In this document: one piece after another, positions 39,114 to 48,788 of the stretch | Layout of the letters: each line of letters begins with the position of its first letter | Position numbering within the stretch: position 1 is the stretch's first letter | Made by a program: the position numbers and the translations under genes | Notes under the pieces: model-generated | What the model saw: the letters and a program-made list of their open reading frames with translations, nothing else | Database searches by the model: none | Told to the model about the DNA's origin: nothing | NCBI RefSeq assembly: GCF_036321535.1 | Contig: NC_087436.1 | Span: 36,892,001-36,956,000 of the forward strand | Source of the DNA: Camelus dromedarius | Taxonomy: Eukaryota | Length of the DNA: 64,000 nt | Direction: 5' to 3'

Positions 39114-41030
39114 AGCATAAGGACAAGCCACAGACAGAGAAAATGCAGTAGTCCTCCATTGTCCTTGAACGATACATTCCAAGACACCCACTGGATGCCT
39201 GAAACCATGAATAGTACCCAACCCTATATATTTATATACACTAAGTTTTTTCTTATACATACCAATCATAAAGTTTAATTATAAATTAAACTTTAATTAA
39301 TCAATTAGACACAGTAAGAAACTGACAACAATAACTAATAAAGCAGAACAATTATAACAACATACTGTGATAAAAGTTATGTAAATGTGGTCTCTCTCTT
39401 AAAATAGCTTATTGTACAAATTTAATGCCTTTTTCATCCTAACTAAGCACTTACCACATGTGGTGACTATAACTTTTGCAGTCTGAAGTGCAACAGAAAA
39501 ACTAGCATCAATTTTTTTTCTTTCCTCACAATTTCATGGATAGAGGATTCGTTCTTACCGTATGTAATCTTAGCAAACTCAGCATACGATTTTTTTCCTT
39601 TCCTTAAGGCAAGAACTTTTGGCTTTATAGTTTCTCTTTGGCATATCCAAATTTCCAGCATCACTACCCTTGTGCTTTGGGGCCACTATCAAGTTACATA
39701 AGGGTGACTTGAACGCAATACAAGTACTGTGATACCACTATAGTGGACCTAATAACTGAGACGGCTATTAAGTGACAAAGGGAATACCCTGGATAAAAGG
39801 ATGAGTCACATCCTGAGGAGGATGGTGTGAGATTTCACCACGCTACTCAGAAAAGCGAACAATGTCAAGTTTATGAATTGTTTGTTTTCTGGAATTTTCT
39901 GTTTAATATTTTCAAACCATGGAAAATTGAACTGTGGTTAAGAGGGAGCTGCTGTATTTGCAAAAAACATATCTGATAAAGGACCGTTATCCAAAATATA
40001 CAAAGAACTCTTAAAACTCAACCATAAGAAAACAACCAGATTAAAAATGGGCCAAAGATCTCCACAGACACCTTACCAAAGTCACACAGATGGCAAACAA
40101 GCATACGAAAAGATGCTCCGTATTATACCTCATCAGGGAAATTCAAATTATAACAACAACGAGATACCACTACACATCTATTAGAACAGCCAAAATTCAG
40201 ACCACTGACAACACCAAATGCTGGTGAGGACATGGAACAACAGGAACTCTATTTCAATGCTGGTGGAAATGCAAAATGGTACAGTCATTCAGAAAGACAG
40301 TTTAAAGGTTCTCATGAAACTAAACATACTTTTACTATATCCAATAATCATACTCCTTGGTATTTACCCAAAGGAGTTGAAAACTTATGTCTATACAAAA
40401 ACCTGCACACAGATGTTTATAGCAGCTTTATTCATAATTGCCAAAATTTGGAAGCAACCAAGATGTCCTTCAGTAGGTGAATCAATAAATAAACTGTACT
40501 GCATTCAGATAATGGAATATTATTCAGTGCTAAAAAGAAATGAACTATCAAGCCATGAAAGGACATGATGGAAATGTAAATACCTATCACTGATTGAAAA
40601 AAGCCAGTCTGAAAAGGCTGTATAATTCCAACTGTATGACATTCTGGAAAAGGCAAAACTATAGAGACAATAAAAAGATCAGCGGTTGCCAGGGGTTAGG
40701 CGGGAGGGTGGGATGAATAGGCAAAGCACAGAGGATTTTAGAGTGGTGAAACTACTCTGTGGGATGGAATATGTCATTATAAATTTGTCCAAACCCATAG
40801 AATGGACAACACCAAAAGTGAACTATAATGTAAACTATGGACCCTGTGTGATAAAAATATGTCAACGTAGGTTCATCAGTGGTAGCAGATGTACTGCTCT
40901 GGGGGGGATGTTGATAATGGGGAAGGTTATGCCTGCGTCAGGGTCAGGGGTATATGGGAACTCTCCATACCTTGCCCTCATTTCTGCTGTGAATCTAAAA
41001 CTGTTCTAAAAACAAAAGTCTAATTTTTTA
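39114..41030 (+). mobile_element. L1MC-type LINE-1 3' portion (ORF2 end + 3'UTR), interrupted by the Tigger7/MER44 element
   Basis: GACAAGCCACAGAC..GAGAAAA[Tigger]TATTTGCAAAA..ATATCTGATAAAGG rejoins the L1 consensus. ORF 40218-40568 contains LGIYPKELKTYVYTKTCTQMFIAALFIIAKIWKQPRCPS (L1 ORF2 C-terminus). L1MC1-like 3'UTR. Confidence 0.9.
39146..39954 (-). mobile_element. Tigger7/MER44-type TcMar DNA transposon derivative
   Basis: TIRs CAGTAGTCC... and ...GAGCTGCTG, flanked by TG/TA (decayed TA TSD). Minus-strand remnant KVLALRKGKKSYAEFAKITYGKNESSIHEIVRKEK resembles the Tigger/CENP-B-type N-terminal HTH. Confidence 0.85.
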
Positions 41031-41741
41031 AAGCAAAGCAAAATCCACTTATAAAAGAACTTTTATTCTTAAAGATGAAAAAAATGTGCACTGTTTGGAA
41101 CATTATACCTGCTTCCATGCTCTTGCTCCCTTGAGAAAACTGCTAAGTCTAACCTTCATCCTAGGGTGCAAGAATTACTGTTCAACAGTATCTTCTTATT
41201 AGGTGTGTTACAGACAGCCCTGGAGGAAGAGAGAGAGAGAAGACAGAGAGACAGAGAACAGAGCCTTCCACCGTGTGTGAAACAGGATTTAAAGAAGGTA
41301 TAGCATTTCTTAGAGACTTAGGAGGAACTTGGAATCCATCTTCTGTTACTATGTTTTACAAATCGCTCTTATTTAATTTGGACTTATCATGAAAGTTATG
41401 TTTCTCTTATGCCTCAGTGGCCACACACCTCTACTTGAAAATAACCTGCCTCAACAATTGGATTTACTGAATATTGAATATTGATTTTGTTGTTGTTATT
41501 CCCCAAAGGAGTAATGGATTTTGAATGTATGTTAGGCAAACACTTATTTCACGAATACATAGACAGCCAACAACATATATGCAGTGATAGACCCTCTTTT
41601 ACAAAAGAAGAAAAAACCAAAGCCGGCTTATGCCAAGGTGGTCCATGTTTCCTCTCTCTTCTAAGAATCTACTTTCTTTTAGATTTCTTCTCCTCTGGGT
41701 TTTCATTAATCTCATAGATGCACTTCTTAAGAATAAAAATG

Positions 41742-41824
41742 GGGGGGAGGTATAGCTCAGTGGTAGAGTACATGCTTAGCATGCACAAGGTCCTGTGTTC
41801 AATTACCTCCATTAAAAAAAAAAA
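41742..41824 (+). mobile_element. Short tRNA-Ala-derived SINE copy (head + poly-A only)
   Basis: GGTATAGCTCAGTGGTAGAG head, small deletion after the B box, poly-A; perfect 13-bp TSD AAGAATAAAAATG at 41729-41741 and 41825-41837. Confidence 0.9.
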
Positions 41825-41885
41825 AAGAATAAAAATGTTAGCAGACTCTGGATGGAACAGTTTTCTAAGCCCAGGAGAGAGTCTG

Positions 41886-42267
41886 TGTTATGGACTGACC
41901 TGTGCTTCCCTCCCCCAATTCATATGCTGAAGTCCTAATCACCAGTACCTCAGAATGTGACTGTATTTGAAGATACCATCTTTAAAGAAGTAAAAGAAGT
42001 AATTGGCTAAAAAAGAGGTCATTATGTGGGCTGTAATCTAATCTGACTGGTGTCCTTATCAGAAGAGATGAGGACACAGACACCGAGGGAAGACCAAATG
42101 AAGACTCCGGAGAAGACAGTCAAGGAGAGAGGCCTCAGAAGAAACCAACCCTGCCGACATCTTGATCTCAGACTTCCAGCCCCCAGAGTTGTCAGAAAAC
42201 AAATTTCTGTTGTTTAAGCCATCCAGTCTGTGATCCTTTGTTCCAGCAGCCCTAGCAAACTCATATG
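41886..42267 (+). mobile_element. MLT1B-like MaLR solo LTR
   Basis: TGTTATGGACTGA...CCAGTACCTCAGAATGTGACTGTATTTG...GACTTCCAGCC.CCAGA...AAATTTCTGTTGTTTAAGCCA...GCAGCCCTAGCAAACT. Confidence 0.88.
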
Positions 42268-42387
42268 GTATCGAAGAGTAAACCCTCGTGACTCTGGCAC
42301 TCCTCTGTTCTCTATTCCCCATCCAGAGCCTCATAAAAGCAGTTCATATGCCTGTAAACATAATATAAAGAACCCGTAGACTTCCTG

Positions 42388-43150
42388 AATTCATTCAGCA
42401 AACATGTATTGCGCTTGTCCTGCACACCAGGCACTGAGCTAAATGCAAAGACAAAAAGATAAACTCCCAAGTAGCTCAAAATAAATAAGACCCCAAACTA
42501 TCCTAAGGAATTCACAGTCTCAAAAGGAAACAGACCCGTGAAGAGTTCATGTCAATGCTGTGACTAGTGGTAAGATTGTGGTATACACAGAGTGCCTCGG
42601 GTGAGGACCAACGGCTGTGGGAAATACACTGGCACACAGGAGGGGTATCAGATTGGAGGCACATCTAATGTAGGTCTTTAGGAAAAAGTAAAAGTGTGCA
42701 GGGTGGATGAGGGGAGAGAGATGCTTCAGTGAAAGGAATACCACAGACCAAGGCTGTGAAATGGGAGAGTGGCTGGAATGCCAAGGGATGAATGAGAAGT
42801 TCAGGGTAAGTGGAGTTAGGATGAATATGAAGGAGGATGGGAGGAGAGACTGAAGAATTAGGGTCAGACCACAAAGGGCCAGGCATGCCAAATTTGGATT
42901 TTAACCTGAAAGCAGTGGGAAGCCACCAGAGATTTTTACAGTGAAAAATCATGATCAGACTTGCTCTGAGCATGGTCTCTCTAGTAGTGTGGAGGATGAA
43001 GTGGTGTGGGAAGAGGGGGGGCTACAGAAAGACTAGACGGCAGGGAGGATCATGGGAGCCTGAAATGAAACAGGAGTTTTGGAGTGGGAAAAGCAGACCT
43101 GCTTTAGAGATAGTTCAAATGTGGAATTGAAGGGGTCTGCAAACTTGCAT
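42388..43150 (-). mobile_element. L2 LINE 3' fragment
   Basis: ATTCATTCAGCAAACATGTATTG..C...CCAGGCACTG.GCTA terminus; GCAGTGGGAAGCCA...CATGATCAGA. Confidence 0.7.
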
Positions 43151-44555
43151 TGTGAGGATTTTAACACTTCTATATGTACTGGTATGGGAAAAGTGCTTCC
43201 AACTGTAAAACACTAATATTACTTATTTGTTTTTTCTGTACCAGATATGTAAATAAACAGCATTGCTTCCTTAAACATACAGACATTATCATCTTAATAA
43301 AACACACAGTGTATTATTTACTTTTTAAGACTGTAGTTCAAAACAGCTAATTTTCCTTGTTTTTTGTTTAAATTCGAGAAGAACTGCTCTTCAAAAATAT
43401 AGTATAATTGAATACAGTTAAAAATGAGTATCTTATTTTATTTCATTGTAGCATATCTGGTATTTTTGTGATTCTTCCAAGTTGAACTTGCTGGAAAGCG
43501 ATTCATCTGAAGCAACAGAAAGCTTTGGAAAATACACTCACCTAATTCTAACGAGTTTTTTCACTACCTCGAATAGTTTACGCAGTCTCTAAGCCTCAGT
43601 GTTCTTATTTCTCAAACAAGAGATAAATACTTTGATCCCTAAAACTTCTTCTGACTAAAATTCCATGAGTCTATTTCTCCCAGAAGAAATATTGCTCTTG
43701 AATTTTAAAATGCAATTTTTAAGTTTTAAAAGAGATACTTTAAATTTTGCTGGAAAATATGTCTTTAAAAAAGTACATAAATCTTGTTAGTCGCTTTGGG
43801 GATTCATAAAAAATAACCCCTAAAGCACCAAGCATGATTAAAACATCACCATTCTTGGGGTACAAAAACTCAGGGGAACGTACTTAAACCTCTGTGGGTT
43901 CAGCTAAATCAACACGACGAACAAATGATGCTTTTGAAACATCAAACAACAAATGAAACAAATATAAAGTTACATAGGATAAATACGAATGCAGGAAAAT
44001 GAACAAGCCAGGCGATTTCCATTTCCCCTCGTTAGGAAACTTGTATCTGTAAATGGAAAAGGGCTCTTTTGGAAGAGGAGTGGGAGGACGGAGAGGGAAG
44101 TTTCTCTGATTTCCTTACTCCCTACCTGCTGGTTTGTCTGATTCCCTCTCCAGCTCTCACTGTCTGATAAGGAATTGATTCTTCCACTCCTCTCCCCCTC
44201 CCTCCCTCCCTCCCTCTCTTTCCTTCACCCTGAGTAACGGTACTGTCCTAGCAAGTGATGCTGTCGGAGACAGGAGACGGGCACCGAGGAGGCATCGCCC
44301 TCGCAGCCGCGGGGCGGGAGAGCCTTTCCCAGCACCAGCTCCCGGCTCGGCCCCGGGCTCCCTCCTCGCAGCCACGGGCGCAGCGGCTGCCCCCACGGTT
44401 TGATGGTGGGCGGCGGCGGCGACTCTGCTTTGGTTCCCGCCTCTAACTGCTCGGTCTCGGGCCGCACGGTTCGGTCTTCCTGCCTCTCGGCCCGGGCCCG
44501 CCCGGGACTGCAGGAGCCGCGGGAAGTGGGGAAGGGGCGCAGCGGGAAGACCGCG

Positions 44556-44579
44556 CGGCGGCGGCGGCGGCGGCGGCGG
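44556..44579 (+). repeat. (CGG)8 trinucleotide repeat in the TRPC3 5'UTR
   Basis: Eight uninterrupted CGG units ending 45 nt upstream of the ATG. Confidence 0.95.
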
Positions 44580-44623
44580 AGGCCAGCAGCCGGCATCCCG
44601 GCGCTGGGGCCGCGGCCGGAGCG

Positions 44624-44838
44624 ATGTCCACCAAGGTCAGGAAGTGCAAGGAGCAAGCGAGGGTGACCTTCCCCGCGCCGGAGGAGGAGGAGGAGGAGGG
44701 CGAGGACCAAGGCGCGGAGCCGCAGCGCCGCCGGCGGGGCTGGAGGGGCGTCAACGGGGGGCTGGAGCCGCGCTTGGCGCCCTTGCAGCGGGAACCTCAC
44801 GGCTACTGCCCGCCGCCCAGCTCCCCGGGGCCCGACAT
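44624..44838 (+). CDS. TRPC3: TRPC3 (short transient receptor potential channel 3), first coding exon of the long N-terminally extended isoform; partial CDS, continues beyond the window
   Basis: Translation MSTKVRKCKEQARVTFPAPEEEEEEGEDQGAEPQRRRRGWRGVNGGLEPRLAPLQREPHGYCPPPSSPGPD closely matches the recalled N-terminus of human TRPC3 long isoform (MSTKVRKCKEQARVTFPAPEEEEDEGEDEGAEPQRRRRGWRGVNGGLEP...). ATG has G at -3. The exon ends in phase 2 at a consensus donor AT|GTGAGT (GT at 44839-44840). Lies in a CpG island. Confidence 0.95.
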
Positions 44839-45875
44839 GTGAGTACCCGGCCGGCCGCGGCCCCGCGCCTCGAGAGGACAGGGCTGGGGCGGGTAGGCTC
44901 GCCCCCGGCGGTCCCGTAATGTATCCCGGACCCCCAGAGCCCACCCTCCACGACAGTTATATTCGGGGCGACTTGAGGGTAGACCTAGGCCGGGGTCTCG
45001 CCCCCTTGGTCCTGCTTTGTGGAGGGACTTGGGGGGCCACCGAAGGCGTGGCAGGGGTCTGTGCCGGCTCGAGCCTCGAGCGCTCGGAACAGCCCCGCCG
45101 ACTGACACGACGGATGCCAAACAAGCTTTCCAGTAAGCGGACGCCTGCTCTCCTATAACCAAGGAGCCGCGCACCGCTACCCCATAGTCGGAGGACCCCG
45201 CGGATAAAAGGACCCCGGGGTCCCCGAGCTTACCCCGGGAGGTCAATGAAGGGGAAGGTGTGCTTAGACCCAGGCGCGCACTCGAATCCCGACCTCCTCC
45301 GCGGCGTCCAGCGTGGCCCCACCCTGGGAACCCGAGTCGCCTCAGACGCTCCGGGCCGTCGAGAATGAGAAGGGAGGGGACCGTGTGCGATACCGAGTGT
45401 GGGCTGAAGGTTTGCCCTGTCGCCTCTTTTCCCGACGGTCCATTTACAGTCGGGGGGAAAACTGGAGCCGAAGCCCCAGCGGGTCTCTCGGGGAGAGAGT
45501 GGGCGCGGGGCGGCCTCCGGAACTTGGTTGTAGTTCCCAGGCGGCTGAGGGTCAGTAGCTGTTTCTTTTTTAAAGGAAGGTAGAGGTCGGCGCTTTAATG
45601 TGTGAGGAAGAGCAACTTTTTCTTAATTTCCAGATCTTGGAAGTAGCCTTTAACCAGCTGCGAGACGCAGAGAGATGAAAAAGAGGGTGGTTAGTTGTAT
45701 AGGGGTGCATGCTCTTTATTTCTTTTGTCACGTACCTTGGGCGTGTCGCGAAGTTTACTGTCTTTATTTTAGGAAGAACGCACGGATAGGTAGAGGACTT
45801 GGGGCCAGTCTTGGCGGGCGGCACTCACCGCCTGGGCCGGGTAACTAATTTTCCCGGGAAGGGACGGAGGTTCTG

Positions 45876-45894
45876 CAGCGCCCCCTGCTGCCCA
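45876..45894 (-). promoter_or_regulatory. Candidate CTCF site at the 3' edge of the CpG island
   Basis: Minus strand reads TGGGCAGCAGGGGGCGCTG, close to the CTCF core CCASYAGRKGGCRS (one mismatch). Confidence 0.6.
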
Positions 45895-47147
45895 CGTGCT
45901 GTGCATAGCCCGCGTGCGAGACCTCTGGGGCGACCCCGAACCGACCTGATCTCGTGCTGCTTATCTGGCTCAGAGCCCGCACCTGGCTCGGCCGGACTTG
46001 CTTACAGAAAACAGAAATCAGTGTCCGGGAGTAGATCGCCTAGGGAAGGTCTCTGATTGAAAATGAGCAACGCATGCAGACGAGGTTCAATTACTGCTGA
46101 AGATTAGCCTGGAGTGGAACAGGCCCAGGAAATGGAGGGAAGGTATGTCCTTTGGGATTAAAGCGCGGCTAGCTCTCTTCCCGCCTCACCTAAGGTTTTA
46201 AACAGATTGTCCATTTTTCCGTTTGCCAGTTTGGTTTTTTTGAATTTCTTAATTCTTTTATTGATTTGTTTTTTTGTTTTATCTTAAATCCCCACTAAAA
46301 GGGACACCAGAGCATTCTTATCTGAGGAAGTAGGGCGAAGCAGAGGTTCCACACTTTGCTTTTTGAAGCTTGAGGTCAATTACACAAAGCATTGGGACAA
46401 ATTCTATTGTAGACTTGCTGTCTAACTGGTAATAGAACGAACATTTTTCCTATCTGCCGACTTTACAAAATTCAACAGGTAAATGTAGCGTACTTATTTT
46501 GTGAAGCGACCTAGAAGACCCAGTCATTTGGAGGAGACACATGTTAATAAATGTTCTTTCTGGAAGCAGGGCAGCAAGCTCTTCATGTTTCTTTGCGTCC
46601 TGTCACTTGGTAGCCTTAGAGACGCACTTAATATCTGTAGCACAGATTAGCTCTTTATTCCATCTTTGAGTGGAATATGGCCACAGTTTAATAGCCCAGA
46701 AAGTGAACATACACTCCTAGGATGGAAATGGAGAAGGATACCCAGTTTACCAAAGCCCCAGGGTCATTTTCAGTAGGCAGAACAGAACAGCCGAATTTAA
46801 CATTCAGCAAGATGAATCCCACTTTTAAACCACAAAGATTCCTTAGCAGAACCCTGTTGCTCATTTCACTGCTCCATGTTCTAGTATTCCATTCAGAAAT
46901 TTTAAACAGACTAGCTTAGGAAGGAAGTGTCATCTGCTTTAGCACTAACAAGACTTTTTTTTTTAATCCTTTGCTAGAACTCTTAATTCAACCATTGATT
47001 CAAACCAAGACTTCCTTTTTCCCAATTGTTTTGCAAACCTAGGACCAAGAAGTATGTTACTGGCAAGATGAATTTATTCTTGAAGTTTTTGGTTATTAAA
47101 TATGATTGATGAACTCCAAAAGCATTTGAAGGGCATTCTTGTGAATT

Positions 47148-48290
47148 TTCATTCAAAGACATTTCTTAAGCATTTACATGTGCCAAGTGCAGACTAGGAA
47201 CAACAAGCCATAAAGACAAGTATGACAACTTTACTACACTTGAGGACTTTTAAGTCTCATAAGGGAGAGGTTGAAATGAAACTGGGCATGATCAATTGTA
47301 CTATTAGTTAGAATACATTTGTGCATAAATACATACATCAAGGATAGAACTATGAAAAGTCAAATGCAAAGGAGAAATGGGCAACATAATGTTGTGGAGA
47401 AATCAAGAAAACCTTATGAGCCTTAAAAGATAAATAGGATAGGAAGCAGAGACAGAGTGGATAATTAATCCAAGCCCCCCTGCTTCCAAAATGCCACACA
47501 TGTCCAGAGAATATTAACTGAGTTTTGTTGGAACACAGAGCATGTGTAGGAGAGCAGTGAGATTTAGCTGGATGTGTTAGTTTGGGGAATTAATGTAGAG
47601 GATCTTGTGTGTCAACGGAGGCGGTAGGGAGCCATCGATTGTTTCATAGCAGCAATAGTTTGATCAAAGCCACTCTGCGGACAGGATGGATTGAAGTGGC
47701 AGTTGGCAGAATATGAATAAATAAATCAGGGGGCTATCGTAGCTGTCCAGGCTAAGATTAGGATCTGTAATAGTGTAGGACTGATGGGGTGGAATGGAGA
47801 GGGAACACACAGATGGAATCTATGGGAATTTGCAACTCCTATCCATGAGGGTTTTAAAGAGAAAGCAAGATCAGAGATGACTTGGTAATTTTGATGTAGA
47901 TGACTAAGGTCATGAGGTCATTGTTGAAAAGAAAATAATAAAGAGGAGGATCTGATTTTTCAGCCAGTTCTGATAGAAGTGTCAAGCAGGAAGATGAAAT
48001 GCAAGTTTGAAGCTTGGGAGAATGTGACAGTCTACTGTCTACTGGCATTGTTAGTGAGTTGTATGAGTTTATGATACTATCCCAGGGAGGAATGTGAAGA
48101 GAGATACGAAGAGGGGCTGGCTAGTTTTCTGAGGGAATTTTTTTTGTTTGTTTAGAGGGCAGAAAGAAAGAGGAGCAAGCAAAGGACACAGAAAAAGGTG
48201 AAGGAGCAGGTGGTACTTAGACAAGAATGCCTAGAGAGAATTTCAATAAAAGGAAAGAATTGACCCAGAATTGGCAAATACTCGGTAAAT
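47148..48290 (-). mobile_element. L2 LINE 3' fragment
   Basis: TTCATTCAAAGACATTTCTTAAGCA.TTA..TGTGCCAAG terminus, followed by a decayed purine-rich body. Confidence 0.6.
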
Positions 48291-48307
48291 CAAGAGAGAA
48301 ACTCACA

Positions 48308-48445
48308 GGGGAGGGTTTAGCTTAGTAGTAGATTGTGTGCTTAGCATACACAAGGGCTGGGATTTAATCCCCAGTACCTCCATTAAAAATAAATAAGTAA
48401 ATAAAAACCTAATTACCTCCCTCCCCCAAAGTGGGGAAAAAATGT
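48308..48445 (+). mobile_element. tRNA-Ala-derived SINE (Vic-1-like), more diverged
   Basis: GGGGAGGGTTTAGCTTAGTAGTAG...AATCCCCAGTACCTCCATTAAAAATAAAT...AACCTAATTACCTCCC; TSD AAGAGAGAAACTCACA / AAGAGACAAACTTGCG. Confidence 0.88.
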
Positions 48446-48788
48446 AAGAGACAAACTTGCGAGTTTGCTTTTAGTAAGAAGAATCAATCCTTTGTATGTA
48501 TTAACACACATGAACAAAATCATTAGATTTCTCAGCTGTTATCTTTAGGAGAGAAAGGCTTCTGGAAGAGTGTATTTTGTTTAGTTTTTCTTGTGCTGCC
48601 AAAAATTTGTCATAATAAAAGCAGTAATTTGTGTTTACGTAATACCTCATGCTGTCATTTATACAAATTAACTTGAGTTACACCTCTTTAAAGCAGGTTT
48701 TGTCATTTGGCAAATGAGAAAATTGGTACACAGTGATGTCAAGTCAATTTCTAAAGGTTATTTAGCAAATCAATAATAGAGCTTCTGT

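Larger units (their letters stand above)
44230..46090. promoter_or_regulatory. TRPC3: CpG island: TRPC3 promoter / 5'UTR / exon 1 / start of intron 1
   Basis: Abrupt switch to very GC- and CpG-rich sequence in an otherwise AT-rich, CpG-depleted window; surrounds the TRPC3 start codon. The TSS cannot be placed exactly from sequence. Confidence 0.9.

Noticed and set aside
40218..40568. 116-aa ORF with L1 ORF2 similarity as a functional gene
   Set aside because: Short frameshifted remnant of a truncated, interrupted L1.
44624..44842. 72-aa ORF as a complete small protein
   Set aside because: The stop codon lies inside the splice donor GTGAGT; it is the first exon of TRPC3.
44225..44944. 239-aa minus-strand ORF and other overlapping ORFs in the CpG island
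   Set aside because: Stop-poor GC-rich shadow of TRPC3 exon 1; low-complexity Arg/Pro/Gly/Ala content; no recognisable family.
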